Source: Octopus bimaculoides
Lineage: Eukaryota
Length of the DNA: 64,000 bases
Direction of reading: 5' to 3'
Assembly (NCBI RefSeq): GCF_001194135.2
Contig: NC_068986.1
Location: forward strand, 39,580,970-39,644,969
The notes under the pieces are model-generated. The model did not search any database. It was given only the letters and a program-made list of their open reading frames with translations, and was not told the DNA's origin. Made by a program: the position numbers and the translations under genes. Position 1 is the stretch's first letter. Every line of letters starts with the position of its first letter. This document shows positions 51,030 to 63,583 of the stretch, one piece after another.

Positions 51030-53524
51030 CTGAAAACAAATTATTAACAAATTATTTTATTAAAAATGTCAAATGTATAATCTTTTATTATTTTACTAGT
51101 TTCATTATTTGGTTTGTGGCCATCCCTGAGACATCACCTTCAAGAGGAGACAACAAGACAGCCTCTAACTGATCGCATGCAAATGGTTACAGGCAGTTTT
51201 CTGGCTATCATGATCTCATGATAATGAGTGCAGCACCCCAAACCACTAAGCCATGTGCCTTGTGTGTGTGTATACATACACATAGACACACATACATATA
51301 TTTGTATATGTGTGCATGTGTGTGTATGTGTATGCATGTCGAGACATCACATTACGATTGAAAATCATCATCATTGTCATATAAATGAGGCTGTTCATTT
51401 CTAGTTTTTCATAAAAAGATGTATCATGCTATGGGTAGATATATTACCTCACTTGGAAACAAGTGGCGGGGGGTGGGTGGGGGTGACTAGAAGGGTATCT
51501 GACTGTAGAAAAGCTGCCTCAGCATAATTCCATTTGACCCATGTCAGCATGAAAAAGAAAATGTTAAATGATAATGATGATGATGATGAAAGGCAAAGGT
51601 AATCTGGCTAGGACTTGAAGTCAGAACATAAAGTAAGTGCATGACTAAATATCTAAATGTATAATCTCTGATGCTCTACCGACTCAGCTAACTGTAGTTC
51701 TAGTGAATATTTACACTGTTTTAAGAAGACTAGCGGCAGTACCTGACCATATCCAAGTTATTGGTACCTAACATAGTCTGTTATCGCTCTTTTCTTTTTT
51801 ACTTGTTTCAGTCATTTGACTGCAGCCATGCTGGGGCACCACTTTGGAGAATTGACAGTCAAATGAATTGAATTCAGTACTTACTATTTTCTTTAAAGCC
51901 TGGTACTTATTTTATCAGTCTCTTATGCTAAACTGGTAAGTGTTGGGGACATAAATATACCAACACCAGTTGTTAGGCAATGGTGGGGGACACACAAACA
52001 CACACGTGCAGGATTCTTTCAGTTTCCATTTATCAAATCCTCTCACAAGTCATTGGTCGGTCTGAGACTATAACAGAAGCAAGTTTCCTACCACACAGTC
52101 CCAATACATCAAATACAGCTACATGAATTCACTATATTTTAAATAAATTGCTTTAAGAAGTTGTTACCAATATTCTGTAGGCTTAGGAATGTTGATTTAT
52201 TTATAATTATTGTATCCAAGTTTCATAGAAATGTCACAGTTGTCATCACTGCTACCACTCCTATTGTTGTTTTAATGTCCACTTTTCCATGCTTGCATGG
52301 GTTAGAAGGAATTCACTGAGGCAGATTTTCTATGGATAGATGCCTTCCTTGTTAACAGCCATTATTTGTTTCTAAGTAATCTTTTATCATTTACTTGTTT
52401 CAGTTATTAGACTATGGCCATGCTGGGGCACCGTCTTGTAGAACTTTCAGTCAAATAAATCAACCCCAGTGCTTATTTGCTTTTTTAAGCTTGGCACTTA
52501 ATTCATCAGTCTCTCTTTGCTGAACTGCTAAGTTATGGGGATGTAAACAAACCAACACTGGTTGTCAAACAGTGGCAGGGGACAAACATAGACACAAAGA
52601 CATACTTATACACACACACATACAGATAAAGATATGATAGGTTTCTTTCCAGTTTGCATCTTCCAAATCCACTCACAAGGCTTTGGTCAGCCCGAGGCTA
52701 TAGTAGAAGCCACTTGCCCAAGGTACTATGCAGTGGGACTGAACCTGGAACTGTGTGGTTGGGAAGCAAGCTTCTTATCACACAGCCACAGTAATATTTC
52801 CCTATGACTAAAGTAACAAGCTGGCAGAAATGTTAGCACACTGGGCACAATGCTTAGCAGTATTTCATCTGTCTTTACATTCTGAGTTCAAAATCCGCCA
52901 AGGTTGACTTTGCTTTTTATCTTTTCAGGGTCAATAAATTAAGTACCGGTTGCATACTGGGGTTGATCTAATCAACTAGTCCCCCTCCCCAAAAATTTCA
53001 GTCCTTGTACCTAGAGTAAAAAAGAATATTTCCCTATGACTGGACATGGTTTTGCAGAAGATTGGCAATGAGGAACACCATTTGCATGGTGACAATTGTT
53101 CACAACTATAACACAATCTCAAGACAAGAAGATACAAACACACACACACACACATGATGGTCTTCTTTCAGTCTCCATCTACCAAACCCACTCACAAGGA
53201 TTGGGTTGGCCTGGGGCAGACACTTTACTTGATTACGGTGCTATATGGAAACAAATTTTTTAACCACACAGCATGCTTAGATTTGAAAATGTTTGCAGAA
53301 AAAAAAAGGAAGTAAAAACTTTTAAAATTTAGCCGACAAATATAAAACCTAGAATAAAATTTTACTTTTACGTATTTGTTTTTATATTCTTGAAACATAC
53401 ACTTTTTTTTTTCCATGATACTGTACTAATTTACTGTAAATTACTAATTTACTCATAATTACTCTAAATGAATTATTTTTCTAATCAGTAAGCATCTTGA
53501 GAGAAAAGTTAGGCATAAGAAGCA

Positions 53525-54165
53525 TCAGATGTGGTGTGCAAGAGAGATGACTGCTCTGGTATGGTCATGTGATGTGTATGGACAAGGACAGCTGAGTAAA
53601 GAAGTGCTGATCTTTAACTGTGGAGGGAACTTGTGGTAGAGGTAGATCCAGGAACACATGGGACAAGGTGTTGAAGCATGATCTTCGAACTTTGGGGCTT
53701 TACAAAGGCAATGACTAGTGACCGAGACCTTTGGCAATATGCTGTGCTTGAGAAGGCCTGTCAAGTCAAGTGAAATCATAGTTGTAGCTGATGCTGGTGT
53801 CACATAACTGGCACTCATGCTGGTGGCACGTAAAAGGCACCTTTCGGGCATGGGGCCTCATGGAGGCAAAGAAGCTGAGCTCGTTTTGAGTGTTGGGTCA
53901 CACAAATGCAATGATTAAGACCTTTGGTATAAGGTCATATTTGAGAAGATACCAGTGTCATGCAAATGGCACCCATGCCAGTGGCACGTAAAAGCACCCA
54001 TTACACTCTTGGAATGTTTGGTGTTAGGAAGGGCATCCAGCTGTAGAAACCATGCCAAATCAGACTGGAGCCTGGTGCAGCTTCCAGCTTGCTAGCCCCA
54101 GTCAGACCGTCCAACCCATGCCAGCATGGACAACAGACGTTAAATGATGATGATGATGATTGATG
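53525..54165 (+). mobile_element. RTE LINE 3' end (ORF C-terminus + 3' UTR + (GAT)n tail)
   Basis: WYGHVMCMDKDS.VKKC.SLTVEGTCGRGRSRNTWDKVLKHDL followed by the abundant 3' UTR gttaggaagggcatccagctgtagaaac...gacgttaaatgatgat. Confidence 0.8.
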
Positions 54166-54632
54166 ATAATGATATTTACCACTTTTTCATTATTTCTGTT
54201 AAAGTAGAATCTAAATTAGGTATGGGAAACTGCTTTTTGAGAAGTGGGCTACACTACTAAAAAAATTTCAAGATAATTTTTCATTTNNNNNNNNNNNNNN
54301 NNNNNNNNNNNNNNNNNNNNNNNNNNNNNNNNNNNNNNNNNNNNNNNNNNNNNNNNNNNNNNNNNNNNNNNNNNNNNNNNNNNNNNNNNNNNNNNNNNNN
54401 NNNNNNNNNNNNNNNNNNNNNNNNNNNNNNNNNNNNNNNNNNNNNNNNNNNNNNNNNNNNNNNNNNNNNNNNNNNNNNNNNNNNNNNNNNNNNNNNNNNN
54501 NNNNNNNNNNNNNNNNNNNNNNNNNNNNNNNNNNNNNNNNNNNNNNNNNNNNNNNNNNNNNNNNNNNNNNNNNNNNNNNNNNNNNNNNNNNNNNNNNNNN
54601 NNNNNNNNNNTTAATCACTACGCCATATGCCC

Positions 54633-54730
54633 ATGGGTGTAGTGGTTAAGAGCGTGGGCTACTAACCCTAAGATTCCGAGTTCGATTCCAGGAAGTGACC
54701 TGAATAATAATAATAATAATAATAATGATG

Positions 54731-54764
<34 letters not shown>

Positions 54765-54941
54765 CAACATCGAAAAATACCTTAGGAATGAGGACCCAGG
54801 TTCGAAATTTCTCCAACACACCTGATGAAGGCTGGAGGGTATATCAACCGAAACGCTGTGTTAACAACAAACAAAATGAGAACAAATATCCATCAAATGT
54901 AAATAATGTACATAATTCCTAATCTCTTAAATATAGAACTG
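54633..54941 (+). mobile_element. tRNA-headed SINE-like element carrying a minimal hammerhead ribozyme
   Basis: A-box (gtgtagtggttaag), B-box (gagttcgattcc), (AAT)n, spacer, CTGATGA-A-stemII-GAAA core, and a tail ending aaatatagaactg. Same layout as 29803-30034. Preceded by an inverted copy of its own head (54611-54632). Confidence 0.8.
54817..54862 (+). ncRNA. Minimal type I hammerhead ribozyme motif
   Basis: cacac CTGATGA A GGCTG gagggtatat CAACC GAAA cgc t gtgtt. Stem I acac/gtgt, stem II with one mismatch, U16.1 apparently mutated. Confidence 0.7.
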
Positions 54942-55217
54942 AATTTTTTCATTTGGTATGCCATTCAGAAAGTCTGACAGGTTGCAGTTTGCCCATGACA
55001 GTTTAGATGATAGGAGATTTGGTTACTAGCAAAAGGGTTATAAGCAGTACTTGTCACTGGCTCTACATCACACCACTGCCACAGCTACCAGTGCCATCAC
55101 CACTATTGATACTTCCACTACCATTACCATCATCAATACTACTACTTTTACTACTACTATTACCACTACTACTACTACTACTGCTGCTGCTGCTACTATT
55201 ACTAATACTGTTGTTAC

Positions 55218-55413
55218 CTTATTTTACTGGTCTTGCAAAGATGACCAACCGCTCGCAGTAAGCTTGCTGTCTCAACGCCATCTGCTGGTGGTGCATTATT
55301 GGCTGGAGTTGACTGGACATTGGCTAAATCGGAGGTGGGAACCACAACCGGGTCACGTGGACTACGTTGGCTGCAAAGCACGGAATAAATCTCTCGACAT
55401 TTTTCGATGAATT
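55218..55413 (-). CDS. CSTPP1: Internal coding exon of CSTPP1/C11orf49 (UPF0705) orthologue
   Basis: Long pyrimidine tract ...ttcttag acceptor and AAG|gtaaca donor. Encodes (E)FIEKCREIYSVLCSQRSPRDPVVVPTSD...DGVETASLLRAVGHLCKTSKI, matching my recall of human C11orf49 EFLDSVAAIYEDLLSGKNPNTVIVPTS...EGVEASLFYQCLENLCDRHKY. Phase 1 to 2. Confidence 0.88.
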
Positions 55414-55998
55414 CTAAGAAAAAAAAGAAAAGAAAAAGAAAACAAATAATAAACAAATAAACAGTGTAAAGGTAGCACATCTGTTATTTTCACAGAAGGT
55501 GTGTGTTCTAATCCCATGAGCAGCCATCCACTTTTTCTTTAGGTGTAGGTGTGGCTGTGTAGTTAAGAAGCTTGCTTCCTAACCATGTGTCTTGGGTTCA
55601 GTCCCAACTGCATGGCACCTTGGGCAAGTGTCTTCTACTGTAGCCCTAGACTATGTGTCTTTGTTTGTCCCCCACCACTACTTGACAACCAATAACTTAG
55701 CAGTTTGGCAAAAGAGAATGATAGAATAGGTACAAGGCTTAAACAAACATAAGTACTAGAATTGATTCCTTCAACTAAAAATTCTTGAAGGTGGTACTCC
55801 AGCATGGTTGCAGTCTAATGATTGAAACTTGTAAAAGATAATAAATAAAATATATATCATCATCATCATCATCATCATCATCGTTTAACGTCCACTTTCC
55901 ATGCTAGCATGGGTTGGACGATTTGACTGAGGACTGGTGAAACCGGNNNNNNNNNNGTGGGTGCTTTTACGTGTCACCCGCACGAATGTCACCCGCAC

Positions 55999-56053
<55 letters not shown>

Positions 56054-56332
56054 TGTATGATTATTTGGTTTGTTTATATCCCTGCAACTTAGTGGTTCAG
56101 CAAAGGAGATGAATAGAATAAGCATCAGACTTTAAAATTATAAGTACCAGTAGCTGTAGGTTATATTACATTATTTAGTATGGCAACCTGAACATTTTTC
56201 ATTAAATTTACTGTCCACTTTGTTATTATATGTCTTAGCATTTTTGATAGATCATAGCTCCTGGGGTGAAGCAATGCATCATGGACCCTAGATTTGAGGA
56301 ACCCTTGGGTAATTATCTCATTTGCTCATATC

Positions 56333-56357
56333 TTAATCGTTTGGTGTTTAAACTGGC

Positions 56358-56390
<33 letters not shown>

Positions 56391-56842
56391 TATCATTGTT
56401 TAACGTCCGCTTTCCATGCTAGCATGGGTTGGACGATTGACTGAGGACTGGTGATCCAGATGGCTACACCAGGGTCCAATCTGATTTGGCAGAGTTTCTA
56501 CAGCTGGATGCCCTTCGTAACGCCAACCACTCCGAGAGTGTAGTGGGTGCTTTTACGTGCCACCGGCACAAAGGCCAGTCAGGAGGTACTGGCAACGGCC
56601 ATGCTCGAAATGGTGTATTTTACGTGCCACTTGCACAGGAGCCAGTCCAGCCCAAATATTCTACCTGTTTTATGTTCAAACTGGCCAGATCTGGCCTCAC
56701 ACCTACCCTATGATATCATTCTAAAAATGAACAATCACATTATTGAAATCTCAAAGCAATGAGATAATGTATGCTTAATTCAAAACAATATGAATAAATA
56801 AGCATTACATTTGACAGAGTAATCAGAATGTTAAAGATTTAA
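56333..56842. mobile_element. TTAA-type MITE split by an RTE 3' fragment
   Basis: The body from 56651 matches the 2655-3272 MITE; both ends are degenerate; insert at 56360-56650. Confidence 0.65.
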
Positions 56843-57630
56843 AACAGCATTGGTCATTTGAAGGGAAGGTGGACATAATTTGGTTGACTATTAGAGGTCT
56901 TGATTTTTGAGAATATCTGACAAAGGTTATATCATCTGAATGGCAACAACAACAATGGTGCAAGAATAAGAACAATAACAACAATAATACAAATCAATGT
57001 GTTTCTAAGTTGTCAATCATGATTATCATCATCATTTAATGTCTGTTTTCCATGCTAGCATGGGTTGGATGGCTTGACAGGAACTGCACCAGGATCCATT
57101 GTCTGTTTTAGCTTGGTTTTCATGGCTGGATGCCCTTCCTAAAGCCAACTACTTTACTAGGTACCAGCACCAATGCTTTTTACTTGGTGCCAACACCAGT
57201 GCTTTCTTACATAACACCAGCACCAGTGCGTGTTATGTGGCATCAGTACCAGAGCTTCTTTTTATGTGGCACCAGCACCAGTGCTTGTTACATGCTCACA
57301 CTAAAGTTTTTATGTGGTTTTAAGATCTCAATTCTGTTGCTTTTTGAAATAACACCCTACTTCATCATCATCATCGTAATAACACTTCCTTTCCCATGCT
57401 TGCATGGATCAGACAGAGCTTATTGAAGCAGATATTTTAATAACTGACACCCTTCCTGTCACCAACTCCTACCTGTTTCTATGTAAGGTAATATTTCCCC
57501 ATGACCAGACATGCTCTCATAGTATATTGAAAATGAATGACAAAGCTTGTATGACAATGACACACACATTTACAACTATACAATGTCAAGACAAGGAGGA
57601 TCAAGCACACATATACATCGCCCCCACATA

Positions 57631-58496
57631 CAGGGTGCAATGGCTAAATTGTTGCCATTTTATATTTTTTATTTTGCACATGCGCATTGTTTGTTTTTTA
57701 TTTTATTGACTACACAGTATAGTAGTGTCAGTTGGGTACTGTCTGAGAAAAGCAGCACCATGATGCAATTCACTCTGCCAGAAACTTGGAATTGACATGC
57801 TGTACTGCTTGGCATTTGCACTGGAAGCTCCAATACGAACATTTCAGAGTATCTGGATGTCAATCTGAGGACAGTGCAATCTGAGGACATGTATCGAGAG
57901 TGATAAAAATCAAACATCCAGTCAACATCATGGTGTTTGGAGTGATCACTAGTGATGGCAACATTATGCCTCCATTCATCTTCCCACATGGCCTCAGACT
58001 CAGCATGGAGGCCTACATCAAGTACCTGGAGGCGGTAGTGGTGCCCTGGGTCAAGAGGGTGGTTGCTGGAAGACCTTATGTCTGGCACACAAGCAGGAGA
58101 ACCCAGTCATGGCTGTCAGATAATTTCTGTGATCACATCACCTCTAAAATCTGGCCACCTAACTCCCCAAACCACAATCCCCTTGATTATTATGTGTGGG
58201 GTGAACTTGAGTGAGAGACCAACAGAACTCCTTCAAACACCAAAGATGAACTGAAGGCAATGATTATGGCAGCATTCACCAACTTAAACAAGGAGACTGT
58301 CCAAAAGAGTTACAGGAGATTCCAAAGTCGTCTGGAGGCCATGGTTGAAGCCAATGGTGATTTTATTGAATAAATTTACTCTTTAGTATTTCAAAATATT
58401 TTAATGTAATTTTGGTAAATATATCTGTTAAAATGAGATGTCAGTGTTATTTTCATTTTTGTGTAATTTAGATGATAATTTCTTCATTGCACCCTG
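57631..58496 (+). mobile_element. Internally deleted Tc1/mariner-superfamily transposon
   Basis: TIRs cagggtgcaatg / cattgcaccctg. Residual transposase KHPVNIMVFGVITSDG...WPPNSPNHNPLDYYVWG; the catalytic QQD region and the N-terminal part are deleted. Confidence 0.88.
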
Positions 58497-58529
<33 letters not shown>

Positions 58530-58815
58530 TGTGTGTGCGTATACATATAAATATATATATATAAATGGTGAGCGTCTACCAGTTCCCATCTACCAAATCC
58601 ACTCACAAGGCTTTGATCAGCCAGGGCTATAGTTGAAGACACTTTCCCCAAGGTGTCATGCAGTGGGATTGAACTCAGAGCTGACTTTGGATAAGCAGCA
58701 GCAACAGCAATGAAGAAAACAACAGTAGCAGTAATGACAATATCAACTCGTAAACATTGTAGTAATGCAGGTGAAGAAATGTACAGGTGTAAATAAGCTT
58801 GTATCAATGACATAC

Positions 58816-59000
58816 CAAAAGAGACAGTATCATCTATCAGAGCTGACACTGGAGTTAAAGTACAATGAAAGCTGATCTGGTTCATTCCAGTGCATTTCAG
58901 TGCAAATGATAGGTTAGTCACAAAAACAGCTTTCATTCTCTCAGTAATTTGATGTTCCAATTCAGAGTGAAACAGCTGCACACTATTTTGAATATGTTTG
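58816..59000 (-). CDS. Candidate exon, product unknown
   Basis: tttaacag acceptor, TTG|gtatgt donor, 61 open codons (KHIQNSVQLFHSELEHQITERMKAVFVTNLSF...ALIDDTVSF). Phase-compatible with the 55 kb exon but not clearly CSTPP1-like. Confidence 0.35.
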
Positions 59001-59079
59001 CTGTTAAATTGTGTCTGTAGACCTTAAATTAGTGTTGTTGTCATTGCCACTGTAATTATCGTTGTCATTTTTATTATCT

Positions 59080-59510
59080 ATATGAAGGTTAGCTGAAACA
59101 TTCCAGGCTGACCAAGCTACTCTTATGTAATGTAACTAGATGAGGTTTATATTTCAACATAATCTCCACCCTTACACTGGAGTTGCAGTGCTTGGATCCT
59201 ATTGGTGAAAAAGTTTTCATCCTGTTGCACAAAGAAGTCATCAACAGCAGATATGACATCATCACTGTGATACTGGTTCAATCCCCAGCCAAGTGTTTTC
59301 TCATGATGGGAAATAGATGATAGTAAGATGGGGCCAAATTAGGAGAATATGGAGGGTGATCAATCAGTTCAAAGCCACAGTCATGCACAGCAGCCATTGA
59401 AACAAAGGACTTGTGTGCTGGAGCATTGTCCCTATGAAACAAGACCCCTTTTGTTAATCTTCCTGGGTGCTTGGTTTGATTTTCAAGAGAAGTCGCTATT
59501 AGTTACTTTT
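59080..59510 (-). mobile_element. Mariner transposase 3' remnant with terminal repeat
   Basis: Reverse strand GVLFHRDNAPAHKS...DCGFELIDHPPYSPNLAP; the end resembles the gctgaaa.ttcc.ggct TIR. Confidence 0.8.
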
Positions 59511-59699
59511 GAAGTTTTCTTTGAACAGTCAGATGTCAGTTTACCTGAAAAGAAACAATATAGTTATTAATAAGAAGAGATGAATTTCATAAATGTAAGA
59601 TTTCATACATCTAGCATCACTCCTTCATAATCAACCTATGAACTTTTTAGCCCACACTTGCATGTGTCTTTATCATCATCATTATCAACACAGGTGGCA

Positions 59700-60030
59700 G
59701 TGTTATCATCATCATCATCATCAACACTGTTGATGTTAATGGTGGTAGTGATGATGATGATGATAACGATGATGATGAAAAACACTGCCATTTATATTAA
59801 TGATAATGGTGATGATGGTGATGATGACGATGACGACTATGATGATGATGACAACGACGATAACACTGCCGTCTATATTGACGATGATGATGATGACAAT
59901 GACATCGCACCAATGTTGATGATGATGATGATGATGATGATGATGACGATGATGATGATGATAATAGTGATAATGTTGTAAATGATGATGATGATGATGA
60001 AAATATTGTAAATAATAATGACAGTGATGA
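59700..60030. repeat. Degenerate (GAT)n field
   Basis: Seen directly; continues after the Helitron at 61051. Confidence 0.9.
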
Positions 60031-60039
60031 CATTGTAAA

Positions 60040-61050
60040 CTAGCTTAAATGCTGTCCAATAAGGCAGCTTTTAAGCTAACTCCTGTGAAGGGCTCCCCAT
60101 TAGCTTTGGACCCAACAATGACACTTCATGCATTGAGTACATATTAAATTTTATTAAACTTGAACAATATTTTTCAAACAATGGACAATTTTCGTCAAAA
60201 CAATGATATAATTTGTCGACTTGGAGCTTATTGCAAAGCTGCATGATAAACAACATTTTTGGTCTTCCCATTTAGGGTCAGTACAAATAGCTTGTTTCCA
60301 TTCCCTAGCCTTGAACAACCAGCATATAGCTGGCCAAAGGTAACAATAAACTTACCTTTTAAAAGTTCAACAATAATTATTCTGCCACCACTTAATTTAA
60401 AGACAATTTGATGTATGTAGGGTCTTACTTTTCATACAAACAATTATTTGTAGTAGCTGGTACATATCTAAACCCCTGTTTGTAGTTTGAAGTAAGATTA
60501 CACCACTGTCGCTAAACACTATTTTAAAGTGCGATTTTTATGGTTTGGAATTGTTCTAAACGTATATGACCATAAAGATGTTTGAAATTTAGTATTTTTT
60601 AAGGTAATAATAAAATTAGTTGAATCTATTTTCATACAGTCGGAATGCGCTAAGTTTCCATAACTCCGAAGGCTGACGGTATGAAAATAGGTCTGACAAA
60701 TTTTATTAATATCTGAAAAAATACTAAGTTTTCAACATTTTTATGGTAGAGAGTTATGAGAGGTAATATTGTGAGAGAGTGAGCTCAATATGTATTTCAG
60801 TTCCGAACGTTATGAAGCATGTGTTATGGTTAAATAACTTGATACAGTTATAATATTTAGAGAAAGATTTTTTTCAAAATTTTTATTTTGGAAATAGTTA
60901 TAATATTTAGAGAAATATTTTTTTCAAAATGTTAAGAACCAAGAATGAAGAATAGTAGAAGAGTCATTGAATATTGAGAGAGGGGGTCGGAGGAGTAAAG
61001 TTGAAAAAGTGTGACACACTGACATTCGCTTTCGCATTTATTATTATAGA
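60040..61050 (-). mobile_element. Internally deleted Helitron with helicase C-terminus
   Basis: 5' A|TC at 61050; GQLYAGCSRLG...GKTKNVVY (PIF1-like helicase end) near 60345-60235; 3' hairpin gctgcc..ggacagc + CTAG|T at 60040. Confidence 0.82.
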
Positions 61051-61930
61051 TGATGATGATGATGATGATGAAGAAGCTATCATTATTGAAGACATCCCTA
61101 ATCTACACCAACAAAATTATTAGACTGTATTCTTTTATTCTTTTACTTGTTTCAGTCATTTTGACTGTGGCCATGCTGGAGCACTACCTTTTTAGTCGAA
61201 GAAATCAACCCCCGGACTTATTTTTTTGTAAGCCTGATACTTATTCTATCAGTCACTTATGCTGAACTGCTAAGTTATGGAGATGTAGACACACCAACAT
61301 TGGTTGTCAAGCGATGGAGGGGAGACAAACACACACAAACACACACAAATACAAACACATATATATGATGGGCTTCTTTCAGTTTCCATCTACCAAATCC
61401 ACTCACAAGGCTTTGGTTGGCCTGAGGCTATAGTAGAAGACACTTGTCCAAGGTGCCACACAGTGGGCCTGAACCAAGAACCATGTTGTTGGGAAGCAAG
61501 CTTCTTACCACATAGCCATGCCTGTGCCATCGTGATATATGGTTTAAATTCCAATCCCATGGCAACAGATGCCATGGCTAAAGACATGGAAATAGTTAAG
61601 TTAATGTTAACATATTTAGTGAAGTGAGGATTATAAAATCTAATTGGGAATAAGTATGAGGTGAAGAAAAGACATTAGCTTTAGCTTTTATTTTTTACTT
61701 CATTAATAGGACTGCAGCCATGCTGGAGCACTGCCTTGGACAAATCAATGCTAGTATTTATATTTTAAGCTTGGTACTTATTCTATTGGTCTCTCTTGCT
61801 GAACTGTTAAGTTACAGGGATGTAAACAAACTGACATCAGTTGTCAAGTGGTAGTGGTATTTTGGGGAGGTGGGTGTATGTATAAATGTATGTATGTATG
61901 TATGTATGTATGTATGTATACATGTATGTA

Positions 61931-62000
<70 letters not shown>

Positions 62001-62880
62001 NNNNNNNNNNNNNNNNNNNNNNNNNNNNNNNNNNNNNNNNNNNNNNNNNNNNNNNNNNNNNNNNNNNNNNNNNNNNNNNNNNNNNNNNNNNNNNNNNNNN
62101 NNNNNNNNNNNNNNNNNNNNNNNNNNNNNNNNNNNNNNNNNNNNNNNNNNNNNNNNNNNNNNNNNNNNNNNNNNNNNNNNNNNNNNNNNNNNNNNNNNNN
62201 NNNNNNNNNNNNNNNNNNNNNNNNNNNNNNNNNNNNNNNNNNNNNNNNNNNNNNNNNNNNNNNNNNNNNNNNNNNNNNNNNNNNNNNNNNNNNNNNNNNN
62301 NNNNNNNNNNNNNNNNNNNNNNNNNNNNNNNNNNNNNNNNNNNNNNNNNNNNNNNNNNNNNNNNNNNNNNNNNNNNNNNNNNNNNNNNNNNNNNNNNNNN
62401 NNNNNNNNNNNNNNNNNNNNNNNNNNNNNNNNNNNNNNNNNNNNNNNNNNNNNNNNNNNNNNNNNNNNNNNNNNNNNNNNNNNNNNNNNNNNNNNNNNNN
62501 NNNNNNNNNNNNNNNNNNNNNNNNNNNNNNNNNNNNNNNNNNNNNNNNNNNNNNNNNNNNNNNNNNNNNNNNNNNNNNNNNNNNNNNNNNNNNNNNNNNN
62601 NNNNNNNNNNNNNNNNNNNNNNNNNNNNNNNNNNNNNNNNNNNNNNNNNNNNNNNNNNNNNNNNNNNNNNNNNNNNNNNNNNNNNNNNNNNNNNNNNNNN
62701 NNNNNNNNNNNNNNNNNNNNNNNNNNNNNNNNNNNNNNNNNNNNNNNNNNNNNNNNNNNNNNNNNNNNNNNNNNNNNNNNNNNNNNNNNNNNNNNNNNNN
62801 NNNNNNNNNNNNNNNNNNNNNNNNNNNNNNNNNNNNNNNNNNNNNNNNNNNNNNNNNNNNNNNNNNNNNNNNNNNNNNNN
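62001..62880. other. Assembly gap (largest)
   Basis: N run. Others lie at about 576-1072, 5895-6049, 9145-9466, 15247-15400, 21746-21991, 23799-24430, 31749-31782, 35745-36140, 40737-41514, 45770-45880, 54287-54610, 55947-55956 and 63314-63323. Confidence 0.98.
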
Positions 62881-63200
62881 GTTTCACTGAAAACTGTTAA
62901 GCTGGCAAGCTACACCAGTTCCAATCTGATTTGGCATGGTTTCTACCACCAGATACCCATCCTAGTGCCAATCACTCCTGGCATGTAGCGGGTACTTTTT
63001 ACTTGCCAATTACAAAGCACTGGCATTGGCCACAACTATGATCTCACTGGGATTGACAGGTCTTCTCAAGCATGGGGTATTGCCAAAGGTCTTGGTCACT
63101 TGTCACTGCCTCTGTGAGGCCCAAAGTTTGGAGGGTACTTTTCATGTGTTATTGGCACAGGTGCCAGTTCTGCAACACTGGCATCAACCACAACAACGAT
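62881..63200 (-). mobile_element. RTE LINE 3' fragment, exactly duplicated at 63730-64000
   Basis: Reverse complement of the 53.7-54.1 kb family; 271 nt are identical to 63730-64000. Confidence 0.75.
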
Positions 63201-63547
63201 TTCAAGTGGCTTGATGTAGATGGGCTTCCACACAGCTTCCATTAACTATATTCATTCACAAATCATTGGTCAGCCTGTAGCTGTAGTAGAAGACACTTGC
63301 CTAAGGTGTTGCANNNNNNNNNNCAAGCCAGGAGGCTGCACCAGGCTCTAATCTGATCTAGCAAGGTTTCTACAGCTGGATGCCTTTTCTAATGCCAACC
63401 ACTCCAAGAGAGTAGTGGGTGCCTTTTACATGCCATCAGCATGGGAGCCAGACAGGTGGCACTAGCATTGAACATGCTCGAATGGTGCTACTGAAAACTA
63501 AAAATGAAGATAAATAAACAAACAACAAACAGGAAGAATGGAGAAGT

Positions 63548-63583
63548 CTTTGATGTTTCGAGCCTATGCTCTTCAACAGAAAG
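63548..63583 (-). ncRNA. Minimal type I hammerhead motif, second family (A6U core variant)
   Basis: CTTT CTGTTGA A GAGC atag GCTC GAA ACAT C AAAG. Perfect stems I and II and an AUC cleavage triplet. Confidence 0.65.

Noticed and set aside
54633-54700. Possible tRNA gene (anticodon-like ACT loop)
   Set aside because: The acceptor stem does not pair, and it is the head of a repeated element.
55230-55400. CpG-rich patch with a CTCF-like CCAGCAGATGGCG, two CCAAT boxes and GTCACGTG, suggesting a promoter
   Set aside because: Fully explained as the CSTPP1 coding exon on the minus strand.
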